Part shown: positions 13,481 through 28,827 of the stretch, in pieces
Layout of the letters: every line of letters starts with the position of its first letter
How positions within the stretch are numbered: the stretch's first letter is position 1
Source of the DNA: Eledone cirrhosa
Lineage: Eukaryota
DNA: 64,000 nucleotides
Assembly: GCA_964016885.1 (NCBI GenBank)
Contig: OZ024748.1
Span: forward strand, 14,694,001 to 14,758,000
Reading direction: 5' to 3'
The notes under the pieces: model-generated
Told to the model about the DNA's origin: nothing
The model's input: the letters and a program-made list of their open reading frames with translations, nothing else
The model's database searches: none
Position numbers and translations under genes: made by a program

Positions 13481-14202
13481 AGCCTATGAACATTTCAGCT
13501 GACACTTATTGAGTATATTTCGTAAGAAACCTGGTCAAAAAGTGTTAATCAAGTGGTTGCAATAACCAAGATTTATCAATACCAGATATACGATATTTGT
13601 AGAAAAAAATGTTCGATATGTATGACAAAAAGAATATAATAATGTGAAATATTGTAATTTTTAGAAAAATTATTTCAAAAAATATTTCTTCTAATTTTTA
13701 ATGAGCATCTGTTTAAATCAGTGGCATATAGATTTTTTAAAATTTTATCAGTAAATCTTTTTCATCTGTGTGTGGACATACAAGGATGATGATGATGTGT
13801 GTGTGTATGGCATCATGATCTAATGTCTGTTTCCCGTTAAAAAGAGTTGGGCATATATTTGTGTGCGTGTATGTGTGTATATATAAACATACATATATAT
13901 TTGTGTATATAAATATATACATATATTCACATATATATACATATATAAACACATATATATATACATATATAAACACATATATATATACACATATATATAT
14001 ATATACATATATATATTTATACATATATATATATATATATTTATACATATATATATATATATATTTATACATATATATATTTATACATATATATATATAT
14101 ATATTTATACATATATATATATATATATTTATACATATATATATATATATATACATATATATATTTATACATATATATATATATATATACATATATAAAC
14201 AC

Positions 14203-14307
<105 letters not shown>

Positions 14308-14314
14308 TATATTT

Positions 14315-14344
<30 letters not shown>

Positions 14345-14345
<1 letters not shown>

Positions 14346-14543
14346 ACAAAGGAAATGTGGTAAGGAACCAGGTGGACCATAACGCACCAAAGTACTCAAT
14401 ACTTGAGGTAGTAGAGTGGGTAATAGGAACCAGTAAGACCCCGACAGCTGAGCTCAAGCCGTTTCGACGGCTAATTCTGGACAGTCCAGAATTAGCCGTC
14501 GAAACGGCTTGAGCTCAGCTGTCGGGGTCTTACTGGTTCCTAT
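14345..14543. mobile_element. Fold-back element E, copy 1, in (TA)n; carries the 3' half of a hammerhead
   Basis: Perfect 60-bp arms (14423-14482 / 14484-14543) around a single A, plus a 78-bp left-only tail. Each arm reads GAAA-CGGCTTGAGCTCAGCTG-TC-GGGGTC. Homologues at 38081-38275 and 59361-59425. Confidence 0.82.
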
Positions 14544-14598
14544 ATATATATATATACATATATATATTTATACATATATATATACATATATATATTTA

Positions 14599-14643
<45 letters not shown>

Positions 14644-14644
14644 T

Positions 14645-14715
<71 letters not shown>

Positions 14716-14716
14716 T

Positions 14717-14810
<94 letters not shown>

Positions 14811-14814
<4 letters not shown>

Positions 14815-15439
14815 AATATGGGGAGAAGAATACTGCATGGTTGCACATGGAATACATGTTATAAAATGAGTCCCTCATCAGTGATTTGCCAACGATCATT
14901 GGTATTTCATCGCATTAAAAATCATATACCTCACGTTGGTGCGATAATAACTAAAATAAGTTATTAGGACAATTAAAATGCGTAAAGCGAGTGAGACAAG
15001 TAAACAACACAGGGGAAAGCTAACCGAAGATAGAAAGAAACACAAGCAACATGGTTATTCTGTCAGTATAAGCTGGGTGAATATATGAGCGAGTAAGAAA
15101 TAGACCTTCCGCTAGTGAATCCGATGTAAGAAAGAAGGAAAATCGTTTTCGTAGCGAACGGGAGGAAGTGAGAAGGGGAGAAACAGAGAGTGAGTGAGTG
15201 GAAGTGCGAGAAAGAGGTCAGTAGAGAGAAAGTGTTAACTGACATGACAGAGGGGATGAAAGAAAGTTAGAGAAACAGAGAGAACGAGGGAGCAGTAAGA
15301 GAGAAAGAGAGAAACACAGAATCGCAGTTTAGGTAAATATATGTGAAAAATATGGGGAGAAGAATACTGCATGGTTGCACATGGATTACATGTTATAAAA
15401 TGAGTCCCTCATCAGTGATTTGCCAACGATCATTGGTAT
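14811..15439. mobile_element. Island with 95-bp terminal direct repeats in (TA)n (pseudo-LTR-like)
   Basis: 14811-14905 and 15345-15439 are identical except for one base; the interior is purine-rich; both ends abut (TA)n. Confidence 0.7.
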
Positions 15440-16815
<1,376 letters not shown>

Positions 16816-17220
16816 ATCCATATGTGGAGGCGCGTGGCTGAGTGGGTAGCAAATAGGATTACAATCGTGAGGTTGTGAGGTGGAACTAGGTGTAGAATTA
16901 GCTCTACCATCCATGAACAGGTACAACCCACCTCTCATGTATCCATGCAGTTCTGTCTCACAAGTTTTGCTCACCAGGCTTGTGTCAAGCCAAGGCTATG
17001 TTAGAAGATACTTACCTAAGTCATACTCATCAGAATGACTGTAAAACCTTTAAAAAAATCAAATAGCATTGGTGCAGGAATGACTGTGTGGTTCTCTGTT
17101 CGATCATACTGCATGACACCTTGGACAAGTCTTTTCACCATTACACTTATAGCTTTTGATGAACTAATTGTTTGTAAGTGAAGATTGGGAAACTCTAAGG
17201 AAGCCATCATGTGTGTGTGA

Positions 17221-17254
<34 letters not shown>

Positions 17255-17834
17255 GCACAAACATACACAGACATCCATCTGCACTTATACACACACAAAA
17301 TGATAAAACAAAACACAAATATGTAACAGTTCGTACTACTACTACTACTACTTCTGCTACTACTGCTATCACCACCGCTACTATATTGGCCTATATTCTC
17401 TTCTATTGGCAATTTAACTGCCACTAAGTAAATTATCTAATTGTAGCCATATATCTGGAATGGTCTTCTTGTTCAGTAGTGTGAAGTCATTTGATATGAA
17501 ATGAAAGTTAAATCATTGCCTGCATTTGCAGCAAATTATCCTGCAGTAAGCAGCTTATAATTAATTAATAGTCACTATTGACAAATTATGTTGCATTAAA
17601 CTGCTTTGTTGCAGTCTTACAATATCATAATTGATGTTTCCAAACTTGTAATAATCAATATTTGTGCAGTATTATCCCATCTGAAATTGTAGACACAATG
17701 GTATATGATTGTTTAGTCATAGATAGATAGATAGAAGATTTTAGAATTAAAATATGTGTACGCATGTGTGTGTAAGAGAGAGAGAGAGAGAGGAGGAGGG
17801 GGAGAGAAAAATATATTCTAATATAATCCTGATT

Positions 17835-18080
17835 GTTGATGGCATGGATAAATTATGTGCATGGCTGATGATCATTGGGGGAGAAGTGCCAAGAGATCCA
17901 AGTGGAAGGAAACTGCAGATGAAGAAAGACCAAAAAAGATCTGGGTAGAAGTAGTGAAAATTGATCTCCAAACCGCTAAATATCAGCAAAGAGAAGACAA
18001 GGAGACACAAATGGAAGGAGACTGTATGAGAAATACATGGCCAACCATGAAAGCATGGAAAAAAAAGGGACATAAAATGA
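17835..18080 (+). mobile_element. Highly degenerate RTE LINE 3' fragment
   Basis: Residual MADDHW...ERPKKIWVEVVKIDL similarity to the RTE C-terminus; the tail resembles GGAC.TAAAATGATG. Confidence 0.6.
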
Positions 18081-18221
18081 TGTTGGTGAGGTTGCACTAA
18101 TCGTATTTGTAGAGGGCAATACAGAAAGACTGACTGTAAAATATGAAAAACTTAAGGTGTTGAGTGAATCTCAATAATGGCAGAGTACACCACATCTAGT
18201 TGTATGTAGGAAGGTTTTAGT

Positions 18222-18444
18222 TTAACACTTTAGCATTTACATTACACTATACTATCATATTTTCACAGTAAAGTCTTTATCTCACATAATTATCTCATGA
18301 TATCGAAACTATGAGATTTTTATATCATTTATTTTGAGAACAATACCTTAACATCATAATGAGAGGCCCATTACAGCTGGTTTGAACAGAAAGAGGTGAA
18401 CAAATTTTGGCTACATATGGCTGGTTTAAATGCTAAAGCTTTAA
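18222..18444. mobile_element. TTAA-flanked MITE (piggyBac-like termini, degenerate)
   Basis: TTAA-CACTTTAGCATTTA ... TAAATGCTAAAGCT-TTAA inverted termini; related to 28828-29194. Confidence 0.55.
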
Positions 18445-19597
18445 ATAAAAACCCTTTAAAATAACGGATCATTTTTCATAGAATAAGAGTCAATTTTAAC
18501 TGGTTTGGCAACAAAAAGGTTAAAGTTTGTAGAATCTCTCAGTACTGACTAATCTGTATAGCATTAGTAGAAAGACTCTGATTATGTTATATAATTAAAC
18601 TTTGCTTGCTTTCTTTCATGGTTTAACCTTTTTAATAACAAACTGCCTCTGGTTCTATAATACAACCTGTTTATTTTAAAGTGTTTATAAAATGCTAAAG
18701 TCCATTCATAATAATTTTGTCTAAAACATTTGTTAGTTATGTTCCAAAAACCAGTTTGATAATTACAAATTTAGTTATTTTACTAAATCCCAACAAATTC
18801 TCAATTATTTTCAAAATTTTTTGAAAATCAGAGGCAGTGTATTTTATTTAAAATAAGCTAAGGAAGGGGTTACAGCGTTTATATTTATCTGAAATCTTTC
18901 ACCATCATTTTATGTAAGATCATTTGTTAAGCTATGTTCTAAGCACCGAACAACTTTGTAATGAAAAAGCTGGTTACTTTAATAAATCTCTGCAAATTCT
19001 TGATTATCTTAGAAATGACTCCAAAATCATAGTCAGTGTGTTTCATTCGAAATTTGATAAAGAAAGGGTTAAAAAGACATCTTTGAGATTGGTTCCGCAA
19101 ATTCTCAGTAACTTCACCTCTCTGATCTTATCACATTTTAGAAATTTAACGAAAACAAGAGCATCTCTCTACCATTAGATTTGCCAAATCAATCGATCTC
19201 AAATAGATTGAATAATGTCTTCTTTGCTTAAATTCTACAAGAGAATTAATCTTAACCATTTAAATAAATATATTTCACAATGACACTCTCAGAAGCACTT
19301 TGGAAATGGAACATTTCCAATTCAACTACTAAATTTCAATACATGCACACACATTTACACACATTCAAAAGCACATACACACACACACTCATGTACATTT
19401 GCATGCTTGCACAATGAAAGACAACACATGTACACACCCACACTCAAATACACACACACATTTGTAATAGCATAATAAGAGACAGATACACATGCACACA
19501 CACATACACATGCACACACACATACACATATTGAGAGACACACATGCCTCAAACACATTTGCACAATGAGACAACACATATATTTGTATGTGTACAG

Positions 19598-19629
<32 letters not shown>

Positions 19630-19811
19630 GAGTGTGTGTGTGTGAATACAAATATATATATGTGGGTATGTGTGTATGCGTGTGTGTAAGTGTGTGTGTG
19701 TTGTTGTTGTTGTTTGACATTTAACAATTTCAGACACGAAACCAAATTTACGTCAGATTTTCACAGATAAACTCTTCAAAAACTGATACAGTGATATTGT
19801 TTGAACAACTG

Positions 19812-21560
19812 TATCATCATCATCAACATCACCATCACCATCATCATCATTATGAACATCACCATCATCATCATGAAATCATTATTATCATCATCACCAT
19901 GAATATCATCATCATCATCAATATCATCATCCTTTCAGCAGCAGCAGATTTAGCATCATCATCAACATCAACATCATATTCACTATAATCAACAACACCT
20001 TCACTACTACCTCAATTATCAACAAAACTACCACCTTCACTACCACTACCATCATGAACAACAACAACATCACCACCACCACCATCCCACCATCATCATC
20101 ACCATCACCACCATCCCACCATCATCATCACCACCACCAACTCTATCATCAACAACAACACTATCACCACCAACACCATCAACAACACTACCACCACCAT
20201 CAACAACACTACCACCATCATCAACAACACTACCACCACCAACATCATCAACAACACTACCACCACCACCATCATCAACAACACTACCATCATCATCAAC
20301 AACACTACCACCATCATCAACAACACTAACACCACCTCCATCATCAACAACACTACCACCACCATCATCAACAACACTACCATCATCATCAACAACACTA
20401 TCACCATCATCAACAACACTACCACCATCATCAACAACACTACCACCACCATCATCATCAACAACACTACCACCATCATCAACAACACTACCACCACCAC
20501 CACCATCAACAACACTACCACCACCATCATCAACAACACTACCACCACCATCATCATCAACAACACTATCACCATCCTCAACAACACTACCACCACCTCC
20601 ATCATCAACAACACTACCACCACCATCATCATCAACAACACTACCACCATCATCAACAACACTACCACCACCACCATCAACAACACTACCTCCACCCCCA
20701 CCATCATCAACAACAACAACACTACTACCACCTCCATCAACAACAACACTACCTCCACCCCCACCATCATCAACAACAACAACACTACCACCACCTCCAT
20801 CAACAACAACACTTCCTCCACCCCACCACCACCACCATCAACAACACTACCACCACCTCCATCAACAACACTACCTCCACCCACCACCACCACCATCAAC
20901 AACACTACCACCACCTCCATCAACAACAACACTTCCTCCACCCCACCACCACCACCATCAACAACACTACCTCCACCCCACCATCATCAACAACAACAAC
21001 ACTACCACCACCTCCATCAACAACAACACTTCCTCCACCCCACCACCACCACCATCAACAACACTACCTCCACCCCACCATCATCAACAACAACAACACT
21101 ACCACCACCTCCATCAACAACAACACTTCCTCCACCCCACCACCACCACCATCAACAACACTACTACCACCTCCATCAACAACAACACTACCTCCACCCC
21201 CACCATCATCAACAACAACAACACTACCACCACCTCCATCAACAACAACACTTCCTCCACCCCACCACCACCACCATCAACAACACTACCACCACCTCCA
21301 TCAACAACAACACTTCCTCCACCCCACCACCACCACCATCAACAACACTACCACCACCACCATCAACAACACTACCTCCACCCCACCATCATCAACAACA
21401 ACAACACTACTACCACCTCCATCAACAACAACACTTCCTCCACCCCACCACCACCACCATCAACAACACTACCACCACCTCCATCAACAACAACACTTCC
21501 TCCACCCCACCACCACCACCATCAACAACACTACCACCACCTCCATCAACATCAACAACA
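19812..21560. repeat. Compound (CAT/CAC/CAA)n low-complexity array with higher-order units
   Basis: Units such as CATCAACAACACTACCACCAC and CAACAACAACACTTCCTCCACCCCACCACC are reiterated. Confidence 0.92.
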
Positions 21561-21890
21561 TGAAGAAATGAATTATAATTTCGATTTTGCCTTTGTTGTC
21601 TCTTTAATTTTTTTCTTATTTCTTATTTTATTTGTGAAATGAAATTCTTCTCATGTTTTTGAATGAAATTTATCCAACATTAGTATCGGATGGTATCAGA
21701 GGGTTGTGTAGAAGTTCTGGAGGAAGTGTGCAGAGATTCTGTAGAGGGTTGGAGACGGTGTGAAAAGGAAGGAAGTTTTGCTGTATATATGAATTATTGA
21801 TTGAGTAAAAGAAAGATATTTTTTCTTGAAGTCAAACCAAATAAATTGTTGGAGCTAAAGTGCACTGATGTATATATATATATATATATG

Positions 21891-22028
<138 letters not shown>

Positions 22029-22047
22029 TAAATATATATATATAAAT

Positions 22048-22100
<53 letters not shown>

Positions 22101-22103
22101 AAT

Positions 22104-22134
<31 letters not shown>

Positions 22135-22137
22135 AAT

Positions 22138-22172
<35 letters not shown>

Positions 22173-22208
22173 AATATATATAAATATATATATATATATA
22201 AATATATA

Positions 22209-22332
<124 letters not shown>

Positions 22333-22343
22333 AATATATAAAT

Positions 22344-22515
<172 letters not shown>

Positions 22516-23623
22516 GCATGCATACATAAATATATATGCATACACATATATATATATATGCTAAGAACAAGCTTCCTTTTTCCTGTCAGGTCAAATGTCA
22601 TCCCTAGCTTGCTAGTCTGTACATTTTTGAAATCTTTGCTCATAAAACTCCATGCATTAGGTAGGAAAGAAAGGAGGAAAGAGAAAAAGAAAGGGGAGAG
22701 AATAAGAAAGATATATATATATAGAGAGAGAGAGGGAGGGAGAGAGATAGTTGTTTGCTATTAAAAATGGTAATGTGGTAATCTTTTGTCAACTTTTGAC
22801 TGCGAAAATGATATGATATATATTATTTAAGTTGTATTTCATCAAAGTGATCTTTTCCTCTTAATTTATTTAGATATTATTAATAAGATTCTGTTTAATA
22901 TTGCTTAAAGAAACATTTTAGGACAAATAATAAGAATTTTCAGTTATAACTTATATATACACAATTTATACATAACATACACACATTCACATAATATATA
23001 CACACACATCTACATAACGTATACTCACACACATCTACATAACATACACACTCACACATCTACATAACGTATACTCACACACATGTACATAACATCTACA
23101 GAAACACATTTGATCTTACTTGAGTTATTGTTTTGAATATTAACAGCTTTTTATTGTATAGTAGAATGGTGATTTTTCACAATAATATTTCAATAAGTTA
23201 TTTAACTTATTAGCTGAGAATTTATTGCATCTATTCAAATAGAATATGAAAACATGACCTAAGACGTTGTAGTTGGTAAGGTCATGTTTTCGATGTGGTT
23301 GTATATTTAGTACTTGAACAAGACTCTTCATTTTATGTTGCTCATGTCCACCAATCATCTGAAAATGATATGAGGGGCAGCAGTAAAGAAATGCCGTTCT
23401 ATCCAGGAGGTTTTATATTGTCAATCACTTAATACCTTATGAAACTGGAATAAGTACTGGCTTAATGATCCTCCAGTTTAAAGACAGACATTGATTAAAT
23501 TTTAATTTCCATAAAAGACTATGTGTATATTGTGTGTTGAGTGTGCAGCACATAAATATATATATATATATATATACGATATTAAATAAATGGAAACTAT
23601 ATTTATAAAACCATATTTATTTC

Positions 23624-23658
<35 letters not shown>

Positions 23659-23765
23659 CTGCTGCACACTCAACACACATAATATATATATGGGGAGCTT
23701 CCAACAGAAATGGTCGCATTCTTTAAGGGTATGTCAATATTTATTTATAAAATTGCTCTATATTA

Positions 23766-23830
23766 TATTTTATCTGATGAAATCACACCATAATTTAACT
23801 TGGTGTCCTTGAAATATGTATAATGAAATA
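23766..23830 (+). ncRNA. Type I hammerhead ribozyme motif (family B)
   Basis: TATTTTAT-CTGATGA-[AATCACACCA taatttaact TGGTGTCCTT]-GAAA-TATGTA-TA-ATGAAATA: 8-bp stem I with one G-U; stem III is one transition from palindromic TACGTA. Confidence 0.75.
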
Positions 23831-24205
23831 AATATGGTTTTATAAATATAGTTTCCATTTGTTAATATATCGTATATATATATATATATACTATAAATTA
23901 TGTCCTTAGAATCATTTAATAAGATATATACTCAATTTCCTCTCCCAATTAGCATAATCAACCATACAAAAAAAAAACAATTAAACCAGGCTATAAGAAT
24001 AAAATGCACCTGTGAAGAAATAATAGATAAATAAACGATAGCCATCTATTCGCGATCAACAGCCATAGAATATTTACCCATCATTTCAATAGCACGTGGA
24101 AATCGATTAAATATACCGTCAACCATACACAATTAGGTATAAAATTAAAGTTAGGAGAAAAAATGCATATACACATACCAGGATTAATATATATATATTT
24201 TTTTT

Positions 24206-24395
24206 TTAAATAACAGATTAAAGTTTAAGCAGCGATTCTTTGCTTAAGGGTGGGAGCAGCAATTCTTTGCTTAAACTTTAAACTATTATTTTAATAATTA
24301 TTTGCTCTATGGTTTTTATATATTTGATATATATATATTCATTCTTATCGACCCCTCTTCGGATTTTAGTCTTCATATTTATTATTATTACTATA
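24206..24395 (+). mobile_element. Fold-back island, family F (homologous to 38470-38652)
   Basis: AAATAACAGATTAAAGTTTAAGCA is the reverse complement of the family sequence TGCTTAAACTTTAATCTGTTATTT (38532-38555). The stem-III segment GCAGCGATTCTTTGCTTAA is duplicated. Flanked by (TA)n. Confidence 0.7.
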
Positions 24396-24726
24396 TAATT
24401 ATATATATATATATATATTCCATTCCTAACACACTGTAAATGTGGTTGGTGTTAGGAAGGACATCAAGCTGTAGAAATCTAGCGAGAAACAGTTCTGTAT
24501 GAACACGATACAGTCAACCAACTCAACTTGCCTCAAATGGAACAACTCGTCTAATTCATGTTAGCCTGGAAAGTAAATGTTAAACGATGATGATGATATA
24601 TTAATTAAAAAGTTATTTGTGTCTAATACTTAGACATCTCAATGAATGGATAAAATATCACCCAGATAAGTTATTTAACATATTAAACTCATGCCGAAAT
24701 CTCAATTCAGTGGAGTGGCTAATTAG

Positions 24727-24776
<50 letters not shown>

Positions 24777-24816
24777 CTATGTATATATATATATATCATT
24801 CAATATACAACCCGTC

Positions 24817-24850
<34 letters not shown>

Positions 24851-25044
24851 ATGTGCAGATATATATATATATTTATGTGAGTGTGTGTGGATATATATAT
24901 ATGTGTGTGAGAATGTGAAGATACACATGTAAATATAATTGTAATTTAATATGTTTAAAGTAATTTATCTGATTAAGAATCTAGTTTAAGAAAGAAGTTG
25001 AATAAAAATTCAGTAAAACAATTTTTACTTATGAAGCAATATCA

Positions 25045-25645
25045 TAGATATCAACATGGCCACCACCATTATCATCACCACCCACATCACCACCACCATC
25101 ATCATCATCATCAACCCCCACATCAACAGTCTCATCATCTACATCCCTATCACCAGCTAAATCACCACCACCACCATCATCTCCCACGTCACCATACCAT
25201 GGTCACCCACATCTCTATCATCAACACGATCTTCATCACCATCATAGCCCACATCACCATCATCACCATCATCACCATCATCATCCACATGACCATCAAT
25301 GTCCTCAACACCATCACCAACAACACCATAATCACCCAAATCACCACCACCATCATCACCCACATCACCATCAATGTCCTCAGCACCATCAACATCACCA
25401 TCACCTACATCATCACCACCATCATCACCATCACTGTCATCACCATCATCCACAACCGCATCAATATCATCACACTATCACCCTCATCACCATCATATGA
25501 TGTAAACAACACCCACACCTCCATCTGCTTTATTATCATTATAATGACCAACACCACCATTACCAAGCAAGATACGTCTCATTTTTCTCCAGCTCCATCA
25601 CCACCATTGTCATTATCACCATCACCATCATCATCATCATTATTA
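25045..25645. repeat. (CAT/CAC)n low-complexity tract
   Basis: Direct reading. Confidence 0.9.
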
Positions 25646-26619
25646 TGAAATTATAGAGAAAATTACTTTTCTGTCTTTTTTTTATTATTTTTATATTTGT
25701 ATTTTACGAATTAATTTGATTATTGTTAAGTTAATTATTTCGATAGAAATCATTTAATAAAATTCAATTTTCTAATAATCCAAATCTCAGTTATTTAATT
25801 GTAAATAAAATCAATTTCATAATCCAGCTCTCAATTATATAATTTAATAAGTTATTTAAATTTTACAAGTTTAAATTTAAAATCAGTTTATTCAATTAAA
25901 TGTGACATCTCTTTCATTACTGCTATTCCTCTTTTTATAATTGTTGTAGTTGTTGTTGCCGTTGTTATTATTGTAGTTATTTTTGTAGCTGTTGCTCTTG
26001 TTGCTGTTGTTGTTGTTGTTATTATTGCTATTGTTGTTGTTTTACTTACTGTGGCAGTGGTTGTTGTTATAGTTGTAGTGGTTATTGTTGTTGTTTATGT
26101 TGTTACTAAATGTTGATATTATCGGAGGATGATGGCTTGGCAGTCATTTAAGCATTGGACAAAATGGTTTGTTGCATTTGTTCCAGCCCTGAGTTCAAAT
26201 TACGCCAAGGTCAACTTTGCCTTCCATCCTGCTGGGCTTGATAAAATAAAGTAACAATAAAATAATGGAGTCAATATAATTAAATTTACCTGCCTCACAT
26301 ATTGCTGGCCTAAAATAAAAAAATATTGCTGTGGTTGTTGTGGTTAATATTGGTTTTGTTATTTATGCTATGTTATTTGTATTTCATCCATTAAATGTCA
26401 ATGAAAAAAGTACCGGTTTCATACTGGAGTCGATTTGACTTATATATCTCTTTCACATTTCTGGCAATATAACAATATGACCCTCCCAATATATATATAT
26501 ATATACACACATACACATATATATATAGCAAACAAAAATCACTTCGATGAAAACGAAAATAACATCATGACAAATTCAACATAAAAAAATAACAACAATA
26601 ATAATAATAATATTAATAA

Positions 26620-26795
26620 TTGTTTCTACTTTAGGCACAAGGCCAGCAATTACCCAGTGCATTACTGGTACTTTATTTTATCGACCCCGTAAGGATGAAA
26701 GGCAAAGTCAACCTCGGCGGGATTTGAACTCAGATCGTAAAGGGACGGAACTATGCTGGAAAGCATGGCGTCCGACCCTCTACCTATGCTGCCAA
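26620..26795 (-). mobile_element. Family-1 SINE (near-identical to 971-1150)
   Basis: Same sequence as 971-1150; flanked by ATTAATAAT on both sides. Older relatives at ~26130-26325 (+) and ~26830-27050 (-). Confidence 0.85.
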
Positions 26796-27487
26796 TTAAT
26801 AATGATAGAAATAATATAACAACAGCAATAATTTGTTCTAATTTAAGCACAAGGCAAGACTTTTTATGCAGAGGAGGGCGAAGGGGATTACATCAACAGC
26901 ACTATTCACTTTGAGCTTTATTTTATTGAACTATAAATAAAGGATGGAAGGGAAATTTGTCCTCAGCAGGAATTGATCTCAAAACATAAAAAAACCTGCA
27001 ACAAACACCACAACTTTTTTTTTTTTTGTCCAACACTATCTAATGATTCTAATAATTTTAATAACAATTTAAAAAAATAATAATAGAAATAATAATGATA
27101 ATAATAATAATTATTATTTTAGATATGAAAAATTCTGCTGCTGCTGCTGCTATTAAAATATTGCTACTACTACTAATAATAATAATACAGGAAAACTATG
27201 TAGAAATGATTAAAATAATTAAATTGCTTATAATTATTTCTAGAAAATTGTTTTAGTTTGAATTCCAAATGTTTTGAAATATTGAAAAAACAAAAGAAAA
27301 GTAAAAAAAAATACTCATCAATAAAACTAATTGGAAATATACTTGAAAAACTTTCTAAGTTAATTTTGAATTGGAGAGAGAGAGAGAGAGACAGGAGGGA
27401 AGAGATAGAGGAGGGGGAGAGAGAGAGAATGTGGGGGAGGGGCAAGAAAAGGGAAAAGAGATAGTGAAAACGAAAGAAATAGAGAAG

Positions 27488-27528
<41 letters not shown>

Positions 27529-28011
27529 TAGGGAAAAGAGAAGGAGGAAATGAGAGAAAAAGAAACAGAAAGAAAGAGAGAAAAAGAAAGAGAAAGAAAG
27601 AGAGAAAACGAGAGGGTGAGCCAGAAAAAGAGAGAGTGGGGGAAAGAGAGAGAGAATTGTAGCTGAAATGTTAAAATTCTAATCTAGGGAGGCAGACATT
27701 AAAATGCGAAGAAGGCAGAAATATTTTCTTTCATGTGGATGTTAAAAATACCAATATTTAGATATGTTATAAGTATAGATATAGACATTTTATAAATAGA
27801 GACATTTTAATAGAAAATATGGAGTCATTAATGGGGCAATATGGCACTGGTTTATAATGTCAGGCATTAAAAAGGCATGCATATGTGTGTATATATCATC
27901 ATCATCATCATTTCATTTTACGTCCTCTTTTCCCTGCTTGCAAGGGTGATATATATATATATATAAATAAATGTAATCATAGACAGAGGCTCATACACAC
28001 ATATATAAAAC

Positions 28012-28044
<33 letters not shown>

Positions 28045-28390
28045 GCACATGGCTTAGCGGTTAGAGCATTGGCCTTGCAATCGAAAGGTTGTGATATCAA
28101 TTCTCAGACCAGGTGATGTGTTATTTCCTTGAGCTAGACACTTTATTTCACATTGCTCCAGTTTACTCAGCTGTAGAAATGAGATGATAGGGACTGGGGT
28201 CCCTATCATTCCACTGCAAAGTGGTCATGGCGGTGCCATGGCAAAAAAGCACCCAGCACTCACTGTAAATCAGGTTGGTGTTAGGAAGGGCATCCAGCTG
28301 TAGAAATCAAGCCAAAAATCAGTTCCCGTCCCACCCTTGCAAGCAGGGAAAAAGCGGACGTAAAAAGAAATGATGATGAATGATGATGAT
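28045..28390 (+). mobile_element. Family-2 SINE (tRNA head, CORE-like middle, RTE tail)
   Basis: Closely matches the reverse complement of 6335-6684; internal hairpin GATAGGGAC..GTCCCTATC. Confidence 0.85.
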
Positions 28391-28827
28391 ATATATACAC
28401 ACACAACCACACATACAAATGCGCCCAGTACATTCTGTAAATTGGATGGCATTAGGAAAAGCATCCAGCTATGAAAAAAATTCCAAAATGAAATATGTAA
28501 GCAAAGACATCATCTTCTGTCCAGTCTTGTCTCATCGAACCCATCCCAGTATGAAAAAGGGGTGTTAAACGGTGGTGATGGTGATAGTATGATGGGTTTT
28601 GTCATTTTTCTCTCAATCAAATTCCATTCACAAGACATTGGTCAGCCTGGGGCAATAGAAGAAGACATTTGCCCAGTAAGACAATATGACACAGTAGATA
28701 ATATATCACAGTCATGTCTGCGCCTATCTACTCATAAAGCAATGGTGTCATCTTGGGGCTATAGGTGAAGAAATTTATCCAATGGGACTGAATCCAAAAC
28801 CATGTCTTTCAGAAGTGATCTCCTTAA

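Noticed and set aside
20054-20941. His/Gln-rich and Val/Met-rich ORFs (also 24998-25648, 48412-48803, 49455-50394, 62003-62326)
   Set aside because: Trinucleotide low-complexity arrays open in several frames on both strands, with no domain or splice context.
22590-22660. Plus-strand micro-exon bounded by CAG|...|GTAGG
   Set aside because: Splice-like signals of this quality arise by chance; the peptide is unrecognisable.
28045-28115. tRNA gene
   Set aside because: A/B boxes are present, but the sequence runs on into a SINE body and has no clean cloverleaf.
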